Positions 36,191 through 50,975 of a DNA stretch of 64,000 nt are shown piece by piece. The first letter of the stretch is position 1. Each line of letters opens with the position of its first letter. Where the stretch lies: NCBI GenBank assembly GCA_034780895.1, contig JAUZTB010000066.1:6657238-6721237 (forward strand), in the 5' to 3' direction. The position numbers were made by a program, and so were the translations under genes. Origin of the DNA: Rhynchobatus australiae. Taxonomy: Eukaryota. The notes below the pieces were generated by a model. It did no database searches. It saw nothing but the letters and a program-made list of their open reading frames with translations, and had not been told where the DNA came from.

Positions 36191-37759
36191 TGTAATTCCT
36201 TGTGGAAATGTATAAATGATATTGGAATGGAAGAAGGTTGTCCACTTGTTGTTTGCCTGAAAAGGGCAATGAATTTCTTTGAGTTTCTTAGTGAGTTTTC
36301 ACAATTGTAAACTTATTTTCTTTTGTGGTATTTCCATTTTTTTGTTGGGATAGATATAATTGAAGAATTGACTTGAGGCTTAATTCCTGCACTTTGTGAT
36401 TATTTTTTTCTGTTCTTCAGTTAATGAATAGGAGAGCCTGTCCATAAAAAAAAGCTTCAAGCATTGCTTTAATTTCTTCTTTGGGTGGAGAAAATCCTGC
36501 CACTGATGTAACTGGCTTTATTTAACCACTGTTTGTTAAAACGTTTTGGTTATCTTGGATTGAGAGACAGCAGTGCTGATTGCTGTTGTTCCTTTGGCTC
36601 TAAGATATTACCAGTCTACACTGCTCCCAAAATGTGTTCATTAGAGTAATTGCTCTTGAGCAAGATTACCTTTTGTTTACTATATAAGAGAACTGGTGCA
36701 ATTGCTTATGTGTGATTATCCATATCTCATTTCAGTTGGAAGATGAGAACATTGACATTGACACTGCATACAACACATAATTCTCCCACCCTAGTGTGCA
36801 TGTAAGCTACATGTTATTACATCTTCAGGATTGTTTTGAAAGAAGCTGATTTTCTAGAGGAAGATTTCAACAGTGCCCAATTTGTCTTGTGATGCACCTC
36901 ACTGTACTGCTGAATTCTAGGAGGATAAGAAGATGAGCTGTATGAGTGCATAAATTGTGTTGCTAATAAAGTTCAAGCTACTCTAGGCACTGGGAGCAAA
37001 ACCACTGGAGTAGGGAGAGCACAAAAGCTGTGTATTTGGGCAGATGAGGCAGAATTTGGAACAGCAGTTCCTTCTGTCAGGTTATGCCAGAAGTGTGGGT
37101 TGCGCTTCATGGATTTTAAAGAATGGGTCAGTTAGCTTTATCTATTATCAACTAATGGTGACTTTTTCCATGAGGTTTGAACTATTACAAGAAACCATTT
37201 TTTTTAAGTACTAAACCTGGGAGGTCAGCCTGACATTGCTGTACAGCTCTGTCATATTCTGGTAAATATCTATTTCAGTTTCCTAGTGTCTTTGTTGAAA
37301 CAATATTTTAAATTAATGTAAACATGTAAAAGAGCAGTTAACAGAATTGTCATAACATGAGATTTTGGATAAGTATTGCAGTTTGAATACTATCTGCATT
37401 TACCACAACACAACAAAACATGTTTATAACAAAACTTGTTACAGATTGACCTCCCAGTAACTGTCATCAGATTTACTTTTTTTTACACTCTTGGATTCTT
37501 TTTGTAGTGCAGTTCTAAAGTACAGTAGGTAACATTTAAGAATGTGAGGGTGGTTGGAAAGAAAACAAAAGTAGATTTGTTTTATTTATTCATTTTTCTG
37601 GATATGGGTGTCGTTGGCATTGCCCAATGCTAATTATCTTTGGAAAGGTGACAGGGAGTCTCTTTGTTGAATTACGGTTGTCCTTCTGGTGATGGTACTC
37701 CCACAGTGCTCTTAGGTAAGGGATTTCCAAATGGCTGAGGGCACTGAATACCAGACAGC

Positions 37760-38690
37760 ATCCCAGCTGTAAAACTGAAGACCTGCACTCCAGAATTAGC
37801 TCCATCTCTAGCCAAGCTGTTCTAGTGCAGATACAACTCTGGCAAATACCGAACAATATGGAAAATTACCCAGTTCTGTTCTATTCACAAAAATTGGAAT
37901 GAACCCGACCCAGATTAGTCTCTTCTTAATCATCAGCAAGGTGATAGAAGCTGTAATTAACATTGCTGTCAAGTGGCACTTACTCACCAATAATCTGTTA
38001 ACTGATGCCCAGTTTGGACTTTGCCAGGATCACTAGGCTCCAGACCTCATCACAGTCTTGGTCTGAACACGAACCAAAGAGCTGAATTTCAGAGGTGATG
38101 TGAGACCCCTGACATCAAAGCATTTGACCAAGTGTGGTATCAAGGAGCCTTGATAAAACTGAAGTCATTGGACATCAAAGGGAAAACACTCCAATGGTTG
38201 GAGTTGGAGTTCACACAAAAAAAGATGGTTGTGATTGTTGGAGCCCCAGGACATTACTGCAGGAGTTTCTCAGAACAGTGTTGTAGGCCCAGCCATCTTG
38301 AGCTGCTTCCAAGATTATCCTTCCATGATAAATACAAAAATAGGGATGCTTTGTTGACGGTTTGCAGCTCCTCAGCAAAAGAAGCAAGATCTAGAGAGGA
38401 TTTATGAATAGTCAGGTGTGTATCAAGTAATAAACATGCCATTAAAATGTCAGGCAATGACCATTTCCAGCAAGAGAGACTGTGCACCTACCCTTGATGT
38501 TCAATGGTTTTACTATCACAGAGTTCCTCGCCATCAACATTCTGGAGGTCAGCATTGATTAAAAACTCAACTGGGCAAGGTAGCAGGTACATAAAAACAT
38601 TACTACCTACAGGTTTTCATCCAAGTCACATGTCATCCTGATTCAGAAATATATTGCTGGTCTAAATTCTGGAAATCCCAACAGTNNNNN
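37760..38690 (+). mobile_element. Degenerate CR1-group LINE RT region (second family), inverted relative to 35180-36190
   Basis: gacatcaaagcatttgaccaagtgtggtatcaaggagcc; WYQGALIKLKSLDIKGKTLQWLE. The 3' end resumes at about 39060-39180 after a V-SINE. Confidence 0.7.
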
Positions 38691-38719
38691 NNGGAGGACC
38701 TTCCTTACTTGACACTGAA

Positions 38720-39055
38720 AGAAGCCCATCAGCTCCATGCTTGCCCCCAACAGAGCAATTCCACCTGCCTCATTTCCCCCTCTTACTTCCCTGTTGTCCA
38801 ATGATTTATCTTACATGCCTATCCACGATCCATAAATTCTTTTTGCCTCTTGCTTACAGTAAGGTAATGTACAGTAGCTAATTAACCTGCTAGCACATCT
38901 TTAGGATGTAGGATGAATTCTGAGCAGCTGGCAGAAACCTATATGGTTACAAGGAGAACATGCAAACTTGTACAGGCCACATGAGTTCAGGATTGTCCCC
39001 CCAGTTCCTGGAGCAATGAGGTAGCAGCACTGATGCTTCAACATCTTGCCACCCT
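38720..39055 (-). mobile_element. V-SINE (HE1-like), degenerate, nested in the LINE
   Basis: attaacctgctagcacatctttaggatgtagg...ggagaacatgcaaact. Confidence 0.6.
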
Positions 39056-40629
39056 TCACTAAGAAGATTGCAGCAACTTAAGAAGGTTGCTCATCACCAC
39101 CTTGTCAGAGGCAATTAGTAATGGGTAATAAATACTTAGCTTGCCAGCAATTTCCAGATTTGAAAACTGAATAAAAATTTAAAGAAATCAGACCCAGCAA
39201 TAATGGAAGATATGTCTCCAAATCAGGAGCATGTGAAACTTGGAGGTGGCCTCACAAGCAAAAAAGTTCTGGCTTCATTTGTGTGTGCCCAAATTTAGGG
39301 TATTCAGTCTTTCAATGAGGAGTTGGTGAAGGATGTCACTTCCGCATTGATTCTATCTTGTGTATGACCCTATGGCTATTATAAACTCCTAAGAAAGAGT
39401 TACCACGCAGAGTGTAACACACGTAGTAAAGGAGACGAATAATGTGGAAGTGTGAGAAGAATGTATATAGATAATTGTGTTTCCGTATGAGCAGCACCAG
39501 GCAAATGCAAAGGTCCACTGCAAGGACTCAGAATTTTCTTAATTTGCGTCGTGGCAGTATGATTGATTTGCTTTCTTATGATGCTGTTATTAGAGCATGA
39601 ATTTTATTTTGATTATCACCATCCTGCAACGTTTCTATTTCTTTCACAAATTACTGTAATGTTTTAGGGGTGGGGAATCTTTGTCCTGTTTTTATTTATG
39701 TTATATTTTAACTTCATATTCCATTTTGTGCAGAGTAACAAAATGTCCACATTGGCAACCTGTGTCCCAAAATCAGATGTGTTTAGTGCCTGTCACTCCC
39801 TAATAATGCCATTTCTTCCATATTTTTAATCCTACTATTCCACCTTTAAAATTCTCATCTACCCTTGTGCAATGTCTTAATTTTGTTTGTCAACCCACAA
39901 TTTCTTGACAACTGTTGATATATTTTCTAGCACTATCATTAGTAATGTTCCCCAATGATGTAATTTCAGGTGTGGGATGAATTTGGCCTTGCCGGTGCCC
40001 TTTGAGAGAACAATTAACTTCGGTGGGGCAATTTGAGCTCTTTGGGTTGGAAACTCAATTCCTTTTGATTTAAAATATGAACCACAGAATGTCTTAAAAT
40101 GTCCACATAGCAAATTCCTGACGGTATCAGTTCTTTTCTGCCCCCTCCCCCCAGCCCTTTGGAAATTAGTTGTAAAGAGTTTGTCTTTCTTTCCAATGTG
40201 TGAGTAGGATATGTTTGGCAAATGCAAGACTTCTTCATTTTTCTTTATTGTGATGGCACTGAAATTGAATCTTTATTTCTGTAAAACCAAAATCTAGATG
40301 AATGAGACTGCCTGCAGATGTTAAGAATGAGTTAACATCTTGTAGAGACCCTTTGTAAAAACTATAGAGGCCTGCACAAGAAGTGTTTCAAAAATGTCTG
40401 TGCTTTATTCAATTTGCTCTGCAGCTATAGGCTTTATAATTTAAACTCGGTTTGTGCTTTCAATCTGGTTGGGTAAATGTTTCACAATTTTTCTCTGTGT
40501 GTGTGTGTGTGCCAAATCAGTTGGAGTTGTATGTTAAAATGGTAACATTTAGACTTCCACTGGAGCAGTGTCACAGAAATCAGTCTGTACCCTTAGCTAT
40601 TCACAATTTATGTTAGTGCCTTTCAAAAA

Positions 40630-41400
40630 GGCATTGTGCATCAAATCCATGATTGCAAACTATGCAAAGCTTGGTGAGAAAGTGAGCTATGAGGAGAATT
40701 GAAAAGGGAATAGATAGGTTAAATAAGTAGGCAAGAAAATGGCAGGTGGAGTATAATGTGGGAATGTTTTAAGAAAAGTATAAAAAATACTTTAGTTTCT
40801 TGTAGTTTACAAGTCAGTGTACAGAGGGATCTTGGCTGGTTCATGAGCTATAGAAAGTAGGAACACCAAATATAGTGTGCAGATAGATAAATAGTAGTTT
40901 GGCTTTTATTGCAAGGGGACCTGGTCTACAGAAGTAAGGTGATCTTGCTGAAATTGCTTTAGTGAAATCTCATTTGTAGTACTTACAGTTTTTAACCTCA
41001 GTATCCAAAGAAGAATTTACTTGCCTTGGAGTCAGTGCAATGTAGATTCACTAGATTGATTCCTGGGATGAGGTGGTTGTCCTATGAAAAGAAACAATTA
41101 AGATTGATTTATAAATACAAAATTTAGAAGAATGAAAGATGACCTTATTGAAACCCCATTGATTTTGAGGGTTGAGTGGGTAGATGCCAAGAGCCTATTT
41201 ACTGTAGCTGGAGAATCTGGAACTAAGAGCCTCAGCACAAGAGTGTTGTAAACCTTTGAATTCTCTACCCCCAAATAAATTGTAGATGCCTTTGTCATAG
41301 CGTATATTCAAGGCTGGTATCAATAATTTTTTGGAGTAACTCAGAGGATATGGGAATCAGGGAAAGAGGATGAAATGCAGGATTGGATTTGATCTTATTA
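40630..41400 (+). mobile_element. Old CR1-like LINE 3' portion
   Basis: aaatggcaggtggagtataatgtggg (KWQVEYNVG); cagagggatcttgg; agattcactagattgattcctgggatg. Confidence 0.65.
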
Positions 41401-43401
41401 AGTGTGAACACAATCTTGGGGATCCTTGTAGCCAACCCTATTTATATTCCTCAACTTCAGTACAACAGATTAGTGTTTGTAAAACCTTCAGTGACATTTA
41501 TAATTTTTCAGAGGTTAAATGTTATCTGTAGGCTTATGGCTATCTTTAGAATATTTCATACCAGATGGTCTCATTTTTCTTTGAATGACTGATTATATGT
41601 GCAACTGATTTTTGTGTTGACTCATGTAAACTTGTCATAGAAAAAAAACATCCTTTCTAATGACCTGGATTTCAAAGTGGGGTACCAGAAAAGAAAGGAT
41701 AATGTTAGCCAGTTCCCATTTTCTGTACTGTAGTAATGAGCTAAATGCCTTTTGAAGGATTTGTGCAACACATTGATCTGCAGGTATGTATGGCACAGAA
41801 ATTAGTTATCTTAGTTGAAAGCTTTGTACTTTTGGAGGCTTGGCCAGAGAAGGCTCAACTTTCTTGTGGCATTCAATTTAGCGATAATGGGAACTCTGAA
41901 GATATGGAATGATGACGTCAACTGAAATTGCATTTGAAGTATTGTGGAGCAGTGTTAAGATAACATTGTGCTGTTATTGGTTCAGCCTTGTAAACTTTTT
42001 TTTTGTTTTTCCTGATTAATGTTTAAAGAAAGAAGGCAGTCATTGTATCTGATAATGAGAGATTTTATAGTGAAAACAAAATATACGGAGCCAATTTCTT
42101 CTCACAATAAATTGAACTGTATTGTTGTTGTGCTTGTGTAGGCAGGTTTTGATGAATAAGCACACAGTTATTTAGTTTCTGAGATGCGCTAGCTATTTTG
42201 CCACAGTCACCATAACTCTTTAGACCGAATCACTGAGAATAGATGTTGCTCCAGATCGATAACATGATTCTAATAGNNNNNNNNNNNNNNNNNNAGGTAC
42301 TTGTAGTTGAGTTTGAAACTTCAGGTTCTACTGATGGGAACTCTTCTCTCCTTTCAGGCCCTGTAACTGATCTAGACAAATCACAATCATGACATCCTAT
42401 TTGACCCTGAGTTGAGCTTTTGATACACATCCCATTCATCATCAAAGCTGCGAACTTGATAATGTACCTGGCTTCAATTCATTGTGCTGAACCCCTCATC
42501 CAAACCATTGTTACCTTATGGTGATTATTTGAATCATCCCCGTCTAGCTTCCCATTCTCCACACTCTATGGCGTTGAATGTTTGAAATTCTACCTGGACT
42601 TGCTGACTTTACTGGTGTCTGTTCTGACAGTTTCTCAAGTTTAAAATTCACAACTTTCAAATTGTACTCTCATCCATCCCTAACACAGTAACTTTCTTTC
42701 CACAACCACCCCTCCCACTAAGCCCCTATCTGCTCACAGCCTTCCAAAATCTATTTACCCCTGGCCCCACAAATGATGGTCTCTAGTACATCTCTGATTT
42801 TATTTAACAACTGTGCTTGGGCTCCTTGTAAATCTCTTCTTCCTACCCCTTTAAAATGATGCTGATGCTTAAAACCTATCTCTCCTATGACAATAATTTG
42901 TTATTTAGCATAATGCCATGTTTTGTTAATGATGCCTCTGAAGTTCTTGAAATGTTTTATCCATTGAAGACATAACATAAAGGCAGTTTTATGAAATATT
43001 ACAACATGTAAAATTTCCACATTAAACAATTACTTCTCATTTTAGTTTTCTTTAACTCTATTAGTCTTTGGAATAATCCAATTTTAATGTGTTTTTTGTT
43101 TTGGTATTTCAGTTCTGTAGTCCCCAAAGACTTTGCCCCTTCAATTAGTGTGCTTAGTGTTGTGTAAATGCTGCCAAACGCTCAGGACTACGTATTGGCA
43201 CAATTTTGCAGGTGTTCAGTGAGATCCAACTATGTACCATTATTAATGCTATCTTGTTCAGTTTAATTTCTTTGCATGTTATTTAAGTGAAGAAAATTAA
43301 TATTCTGCATGTCAATGTGCTGGAACATGTTACATTTTGATCTACAAGTTTAAGTTTAATCTTATTTGCTTTTGTAAATGTCTTTGTTTATCTTCCTTTA
43401 G

Positions 43402-43497
<96 letters not shown>

Positions 43498-43659
43498 TGA
43501 CTTCTTGTGTTTGACTTGTCAACAGATAGTAAAGATGATAAAATGCAATCAATACTTGGATTTTGGGTTTCTCTAAATGTAAACACTCAAGTTTGTCCAT
43601 CCCATCGTACTAAAACTATGCAGTGATGACACTGTCAAGTTTGGATCCTGATTTGCAGA

Positions 43660-43930
43660 CCATAGTCATACAACATGAAAACAGGCCCTTTGTCCCTCTG
43701 TGCCCTTCCTGGCCAGCAAGCACCCATATACATTAATCCATTTTTATTTCTCTTATCTGCACGTGTGGCAATTTACAATAGTCAATTAACCTATCAGCGA
43801 ATGCATCTTTAGCATGTGGGAGGAAACCAGAGCACCTGGGGAAACCGATATGCTTCCAGGTAAAACGTGCAGACTCCACACAGCACCTGAGGTCAGGATT
43901 GAGCCTGGGTTCCTGGAGGCAATGGGGCAG
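43660..43930 (-). mobile_element. V-SINE (HE1-like)
   Basis: tgtgggaggaaaccagagcacctggggaaacc...gcagactccacacagcacc...aggattgagcc. Confidence 0.75.
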
Positions 43931-45030
43931 TTGGTTGAGTAATATTGGGCATGTGATTTTATTATCCAAGTGTGCTAGCAATACTGTGTTTATTGCCCAG
44001 TTTCATTTTTTACTTAGCTATTACTGGCACTTGAAGGTAGTTAAATTCAGTACTGTAAAAGTTCATACTTGAAACCAGCATGGCTTATGGTTGGTTTCCT
44101 TTCAGTTTCCCATTCCATTGTTTATGCTATATGCAGGGATCCCATTTAATCAATTCTCAAACAATCCTATGGATGCTTTTATAATTCCTTGCCAAATCCA
44201 TCATTGTAAACATAGCAATAAATGGAGCAATAATTACACTGAAAATAAAGGTACAAATGTCTACTTGGTGTGTAATCTTTCTCGCTGTCATTTTTAAAGG
44301 ATAGTGAATGTTGCCTTTTTGCAACATCAATGCCCAGTGTTTTATTGGCACCCACCAAGATTTTGATTCCATATGAATTAGATTTTAAAAGTTGCACAAG
44401 TAGCTGATAAGTAACATTCACCATGACTGATAAACTCCATTGAGTGATCAGTATGATGCCAAGAAAATGGTTTGAACAGCCAAATTGACTAGCATTGTGG
44501 AGGCCAGATTACTATTTTTCCATTGCCGCCACTACCACTTTTCTTTGCAGTCCTGGTAGAATGTTTGCAGAGCTGAAATTACTGGACACTTAAGTATAAA
44601 CATTCTTCATGTTCAGCCACTTCTGTAGTTTAAGTGTGTTCTTAATAACTTTTCTTTTAACAATTGTGAGTAGTAATTGCCATTATTCTAATTTTTCATC
44701 CTAATTTTTGACTGTAATCCATCTTTTTTGGCCTTATTTCCCCAAAGTTGTGGGATGCAGTTCTAAGTATCAACAAAGCTTTGAATTCTTTCATATATTT
44801 TGTATGCCTTTCATAGTTTTAGTTGTCGATTTATTTATAAATGTTTGGAACATGGTAACTAGTAGCTATGGAGAGTTTTCAGCCATGTCTGGTACATAAC
44901 TTTGTTGTGGGAAAGATAAAGAGAGACTTGAAAGGTCCAACTGTATCCTGTTCCAACAGCTGAAGGACACATTTATTGATAGTAATGTAGCTTTATAATT
45001 TCAAAGATGATTATTTGATCTTCATTTTAG

Positions 45031-45072
45031 GAGCTTCAACATGAAAACATCGTTGCACTTTATGATGTTCAG
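45031..45072 (+). CDS. ulk2: ulk2 coding exon 3 (ELQHENIVALYDVQ)
   Basis: ttcattttag|GAG acceptor; CAG|GTAAGA donor; identical to the human ULK2 segment as recalled. Confidence 0.96.
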
Positions 45073-46424
45073 GTAAGATAATATTCTGTTTTGTTTTCAC
45101 TCATTAATGATTCTTTCAAAGAGAATTTATTATAACTATTATTTAACACCAGAGCTAGCCGAGTATGTAAATTATTTAATGTGAATGTGCCCAAGAACTA
45201 TGGACATGAATCAAATTGATCTTACTACTAGGAATTTCAGCACCGTATAGTATTAGTTTATTATGGAAAGAACTACTTTTTCAGTTTTTATCTGGAAGAT
45301 GTGTTTTCTTTAAAATCAGGACCATTCTTAATAATGTGTACTGTTAAGAAGATTAGTTACATCAGCATTTTAATGGTAGAGCATGGGGTCAGGATAATGT
45401 CAGATGTTCAGATATAAAATGTGCATGTATTATTCATTCTAATAGTATTTTGCCCAATGTTACCTTAATCATTGACCTGAATTCTATCATTTAACTCCAG
45501 TTATAAACCATTACATGTATTTAAACATACTTGTAAATTGCATTACCTAAAAGAAATCCTTGTAGAAACAAAGCATGTCTTCCTAAAGAACTGGACTTCA
45601 GCAAGCTGAACATTGCAAACTTCATTGACGGATATGAAAGCAAAAAACACCATAAGCACTCAGGTCAGGCAGCATCTGTGGAAAGAGAAATATTTAACAT
45701 TTCAAGTCCTATGCTCTTCATCAGAACTGGACAAAAGAGGGAAAAACCTGACCTGCTGGTTGTTTCCAGCATTCTCTGATTTTATTTTAGATTTCCAGCA
45801 TTTACATTACTTTTGATTTTCATTGACCAACATTACACTTTATTTTGCTGCATATTGTTTAAAGAAAAAGCAATGGAAATGTCAGAGATGTCATTAAAAA
45901 TGAGTAAATTTGCCAGCNNNNNNNNNNNNNNNNNNNNNNNNNNNNNNNNNNNNNNNNNNNNNNNNNNNNNNNNNNNNNNNNNNNNNNNNNNNNNNNNNNN
46001 NNNNNNNNNNNNNNNNNNNNNNNNNNNNNNNNNNNNNNNNNNNNNNNNNNNNNNNNNNNNNNNNNNNNNNNNNNNNNNNNNNNNNNNNNNNNNNNNNNNN
46101 NNNNNNNNNNNCATTAAGTAGTGTGATAATGGTTAATGACTTTCACTGACTTAGTTCCAGAAAGTGAATAATTGTATGGAGACTTCAAGTTGTTTATTTT
46201 TTAAATATTTCATTTAAAAAAGAAAATGAATTTCTATTCTCACTTTTTTGCTTTTATTAGTTCACGATTTGCTTTTCACTTTAGTTATTTAACATTGAGT
46301 TTGCACAATTTCACCTTTTTTTAATCAAATTTTGTTCTTTTCGTCAGTCCTTAAATTTCTTTGGTTAAAGACATGTTATCTGTTAAATGCAGGTTGTCCT
46401 CGCCAAATTATTATCTGCTCATTG

Positions 46425-47190
46425 GAATTGGAGTCGCTTTATTATTATCACATGTACTGATAATAAACAGATTCCAATTCATACCGTCTTGCATACCGTT
46501 CATACAGATCAATTCATTACACAGTGCCATAAGGTATTACAAGGGAAAACAATACAGAATGCAAAGTAAAATGTCACAGCTACAGCGAAAGTGCAGTGTA
46601 GGTAGACAATAAGGTGCAAGGTCATAATGAGGTAGATTGAGGTCAAGAGTCCATCTTATCATGCAAGGGGACAGTTCAATAGTCTTCTAACAGTGGATAG
46701 AAGCTTCCCTGAGCCTAGTGGTATGTACTTTCAGGCTTTTGTATCTTCTGCTCGATGGGAGAGGGAAGACAAGAGAATATCTGGGGTGGGTGTGGTCTTT
46801 GAATATTTGGCTGCTTTACTGAGGCAGTGAGTAGTATAGACAGAGTCCATGGAGGGGAGACTGGTGTCTGTGATGCATCCAGATAGGATGCTTTCTATGG
46901 TGCGTCAATTAAAAATTGGTGAGTGCCAAAGGAGGCATGCCAAATTTCTTTAGCCTCTTGAGGAAGTAGGGGTGCCAGTGAGCTTTCTTAACTGTAGCGT
47001 CTACTGGTTGGGCCAGGACAGGCTATTGGTGATGTTCAGTCCTAGGATCTTGTAGCTCTCGACTTTAACACTGTTGATGTAGATGGGGCATGTGCACAGC
47101 CCCCCTCCCCCCTTTCCTGGAGACAATGACCAACTCTTTTGTTTTGCTGACATTGAGGGAGAGGTTCTTGCCATGACACCATAATACAGC
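46425..47190 (-). mobile_element. Rex1/Babar-like LINE 3' portion
   Basis: Minus-strand translation near 46930-47050 gives LGLNITNSLSW...DATVKKAHWHPYFLKRLKKFG, resembling the Rex1 KAQQRLYFLRRL motif. Confidence 0.75.
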
Positions 47191-50100
47191 AAAGTCAGAA
47201 GATCTGTCTTAAAGAATAATGTTCTTTAACAGTAACATCTTTTCAAAAAAAAACTCCATCACCCTGCTATATTTTCTTAGAACCTGCCACAATGAACCAA
47301 ATTTCAAGTAGTTTGTGCCTTTTGCTTTGTCTTCTCATATTCTTGAAACTTTTATGTAGAGTACGGGGGTGTCAGAATATGCTATATTATTAAGTACGTG
47401 TTAGATATTAACCTAGGATTATATATTGTAACCACACCTTTGTGAGCAATCCTGCAAAAGAAAAACATTCAACATTGGTTTATTTTTGATTGCATTCTAC
47501 GTGATTGGGACAGGTGGAATATAATTTCAAGGTGGGAGGATGTGGTCTTGCAGGTACCCATTAAATCAATATTACTGTCTGTTAACTAATATGCTTCTGA
47601 TGTAATATCATCTGGTTACCTTGACATTTTTTATTCTGAATCAGATTTATTTTCACTGACTTAGATGATGTGAANNNNNNNNNNNNNNNNNNNNNNNNNN
47701 NNNNNNNNNNNNNNNNNNNNNNNNNNNNNNNNNNNNNNNNNNNNNNNNNNNNNNNNNNNNNNNNNNNNNNNNNNNNNNNNNNNNNNNNNNNNNNNNNNNN
47801 NNNNNNNNNNNNNNNNNNNNNNNNNNNNNNNNNNNNNNNNNNNNNNNNNNNNNNNNNNNNNNNNNNNNNNNNNNNNNNNNNNNNNNNNNNNNNNNNNNNN
47901 NNNNNNNNNNNNNNNNNNNNNNNNNNNNNNNNNNNNNNNNNNNNNNNNNNNNNNNNNNNNNNNNNNNNNNNNNNNNNNNNNNNNNNNNNNNNNNNNNNNN
48001 NNNNNNNNNNNNNNNNNNNNNNNNNNNNNNNNNNNNNNNNNNNNNNNNNNNNNNNNNNNNNNNNNNNNNNNNNNNNNNNNAGTACCTAAGGAGATGAACA
48101 GTTTGTTTTCATGCTTTGTACTTGTGTGACTTGAACGTTCCCAAGCTTTGATGTGCAACTACCTAAGATCAGCGATTACAGATGTTGCAATTACCAAGTG
48201 CTTGCCTATATATAAAAGAAAACTTAAGAGGAAACTTTTGTGGTCAATGAGACACCTGAATTTCTATTTGCACATGTTGGTGGTGTGAAGTGGTGAAGCT
48301 GGCAATCATCCACTTTTCAGGAGATGATAAATTGTGGCAATTATCATGATGAAAGCAACAGGGAATATTTCTTGTAACATCGGGGAGTTCTACAAACTGA
48401 ATGTGGAATCTAAGCATAACCTGTCAATCCCACATGTAGTATTTCTTTGAGACTTGCAATCTGGCAAAAGGGAGTTGTCAAATTTATAAATAGATTTGGG
48501 TTATCAACCTCTTGTCAATGGCCAAGAACTGTTGATACCAGCTGGTTGCTGGATGGAGTTTTTCACAGCATCTGATGACAGGTAAAGATGTTTACAAATA
48601 GTCCAAAACAGTACCTGCTGTTGTGTGGTTAGAGAAAGTATAAAATTGACTGCTGAGGACCCTTGTTCTGACAACAGGAAACAGTGGTCAGGAACTGAGA
48701 GGGGAAAAAAGTAAAGCATGATTATTATGTGAGCCTTTACTCCTCCTTGCTTGCTGGAAACAATATTTTTAAGAATATTGGAGGAGGAGTTTATTTTGTT
48801 CCTTCAGCTCACCTGTTTAAAATAAACTGTACTATAAAAAACCATACTGGTTGCTGGAGCAAAATGGCTGTTAATTTTCCAGAAGACTTCCTTATTGCTT
48901 TCCCAGCCAGAATACCAGAAATTGGGACTTTTACTGATAGTATTAATCTATCTGGCAGTGATAAAACAAAACAAAGATTATGGTACTTGAATTGAAGTTG
49001 ATCCACTTTATTATTGTTCCACTGTACTTCAACTTCGCTTTCATAACTATGTCTGTCACATACATTTCATGCTGAATGATTACAAAATGATATGGCAACT
49101 TTACATTTTTTCATGTCGGGGAATGTAACTTATATAATGCTATGTTAAATAATAAATTATGGACACTGAGCAATTATTCTAAAGCTGGAGCCTAACTGAG
49201 AGGATTGTGTCCTGTGCCATTGATTTTTGAGATGTGCATCTGGAGTGAGGTTGTGCTGTTTAACTACTAAGGTGGAGCTCTGTCTTGCCTAATTTGACTC
49301 TTCATGAGGCGGGGCTCTGAGTGAGCAGTTTCAGGAGGCACATCCTGAAATCAACTTAGGAGCCAGCTGTGATGAGAAGTTTGTATAGGTTACCAAAATA
49401 AAACTTCCAACTGGAAATACTGGAGAGTCCTGATTATTATCAAAGAGGTTTTTAAAAAGAATCAGGAAGTGACTTGCAATCTTTCTTTCTATTAAGGAGC
49501 CTTTGATTTTATTTGAAGTATAATTGGCATGTAACACAAATCTCCTATCAGAAACTTGAAGCATTATTGTAAGTGTTTATTTGTTAGCCTGTTCTTTTAA
49601 GGGCAATGCTCTTGCACTCCCTGACAAATAATGGTTTTAATGGATCTTGAGATCTATTAAAGGCTATTGTTTGGAAGCAGCAGCTGCTTGGATCCTTGGT
49701 TTGTTATCATAACAACCTCTCCATCCTATCTGAAGTTCAGATAGAAGCTGAATATAGTTTATTTCTCATTTTCTACAAGTTTTCTCTGCTTTTTACATAT
49801 GTAAAAGATCATTATGCAGAACCCTTAATAGTTTTCCAAAATACTTTTTAACCAATGCTGCAACAGTAGGCTCATAAATTTAAGATTTAATGCTGCTTAA
49901 CTGCATTATGTAAATCAAAACAGAGTTTAAAAACTCTTGTTAGTTATTCCAATTTATGAAATTCATGATACAGATGTTTTACATTACACATATGCTCAAG
50001 TTCTTGGGCATATTTATAGTGCTGTAGTAGAGTTAGATAATTGTTGTTCACAGTTGAACTTTTCAAATACATTGCCATATCTAATGCAAGTGAATTGTTT

Positions 50101-50817
50101 TATTCAGCAGCACGCTCATATTTCAAGTATTCATGGTTGGTTTTAGAATGCTCTTTGTCCATTAATCAAAGAGCAGGATGTGTGCTGTTTTATTCCTTTC
50201 CCTAGTTTTTTAAGTGCATTGGATTCCATTGCTGGCTTGAAAAATTATAATTTCTGAAAGATAAGAGGAGAGTTTTGTTTCCAGTGCTTCTGACCAATGC
50301 TAATACTCTTGTTTTAATATGGTTTTCATTTTGAAAGATGAATTGTCCAGTTTGTGTAAAAGGACAAACATAATTAAACTCATTTCAAGGATTTGAGCCA
50401 TATGGGGGCAATAATGAGAAACCAAATACCAGTAAAACTCCAGGTTAGGCAGTGTCTATGGAGAAACTGACCAGGATTTATTGCTAGTTTTGAGCTGTCT
50501 GTACTAGTTGTTGATTTACCTGGTAAGTGTGATCCTGCTTCTTACGGATCCACTGTTGTCATTGTGCAGTTGAAGTTCGCCCGACCCTCAATGCTGTGTT
50601 CCTGCATGGCACTGAGCCTGTGTGAGAGAATGGGAAGGGTGGAGATGGGAGAACAGAATAAACCCATCCATGAAATAGTTGGGAAATTACCACTTAGCTA
50701 GGCTACTATACTCCTTGGCTTAGTCTATTGTTAAGATTGTCCCTGACATTCAGAAATGTTCAAAAACAATCAAAAATCAACTATTACAAAACATATTAAA
50801 TATATTTGGATATGATA

Positions 50818-50975
50818 GGGTCTTTCAAGAGACTGTTAGATAGCTACATGGAGCTGAGTAAAATAGAGGGCTATGGGTAGGTCTGGTAGTTTCTAGGTTA
50901 GGGACATGTTCGGCACAGCTTTGTGGGCCGTAGGGCCTGAATTGTGCTGTAGTTTTTCAATGTTTTATTCTATCA
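50818..50975 (+). mobile_element. CR1/HER1-like 3' end
   Basis: cggcacagctttgtgggccgtagggcctgaattgtgctgtag tail. Confidence 0.6.
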
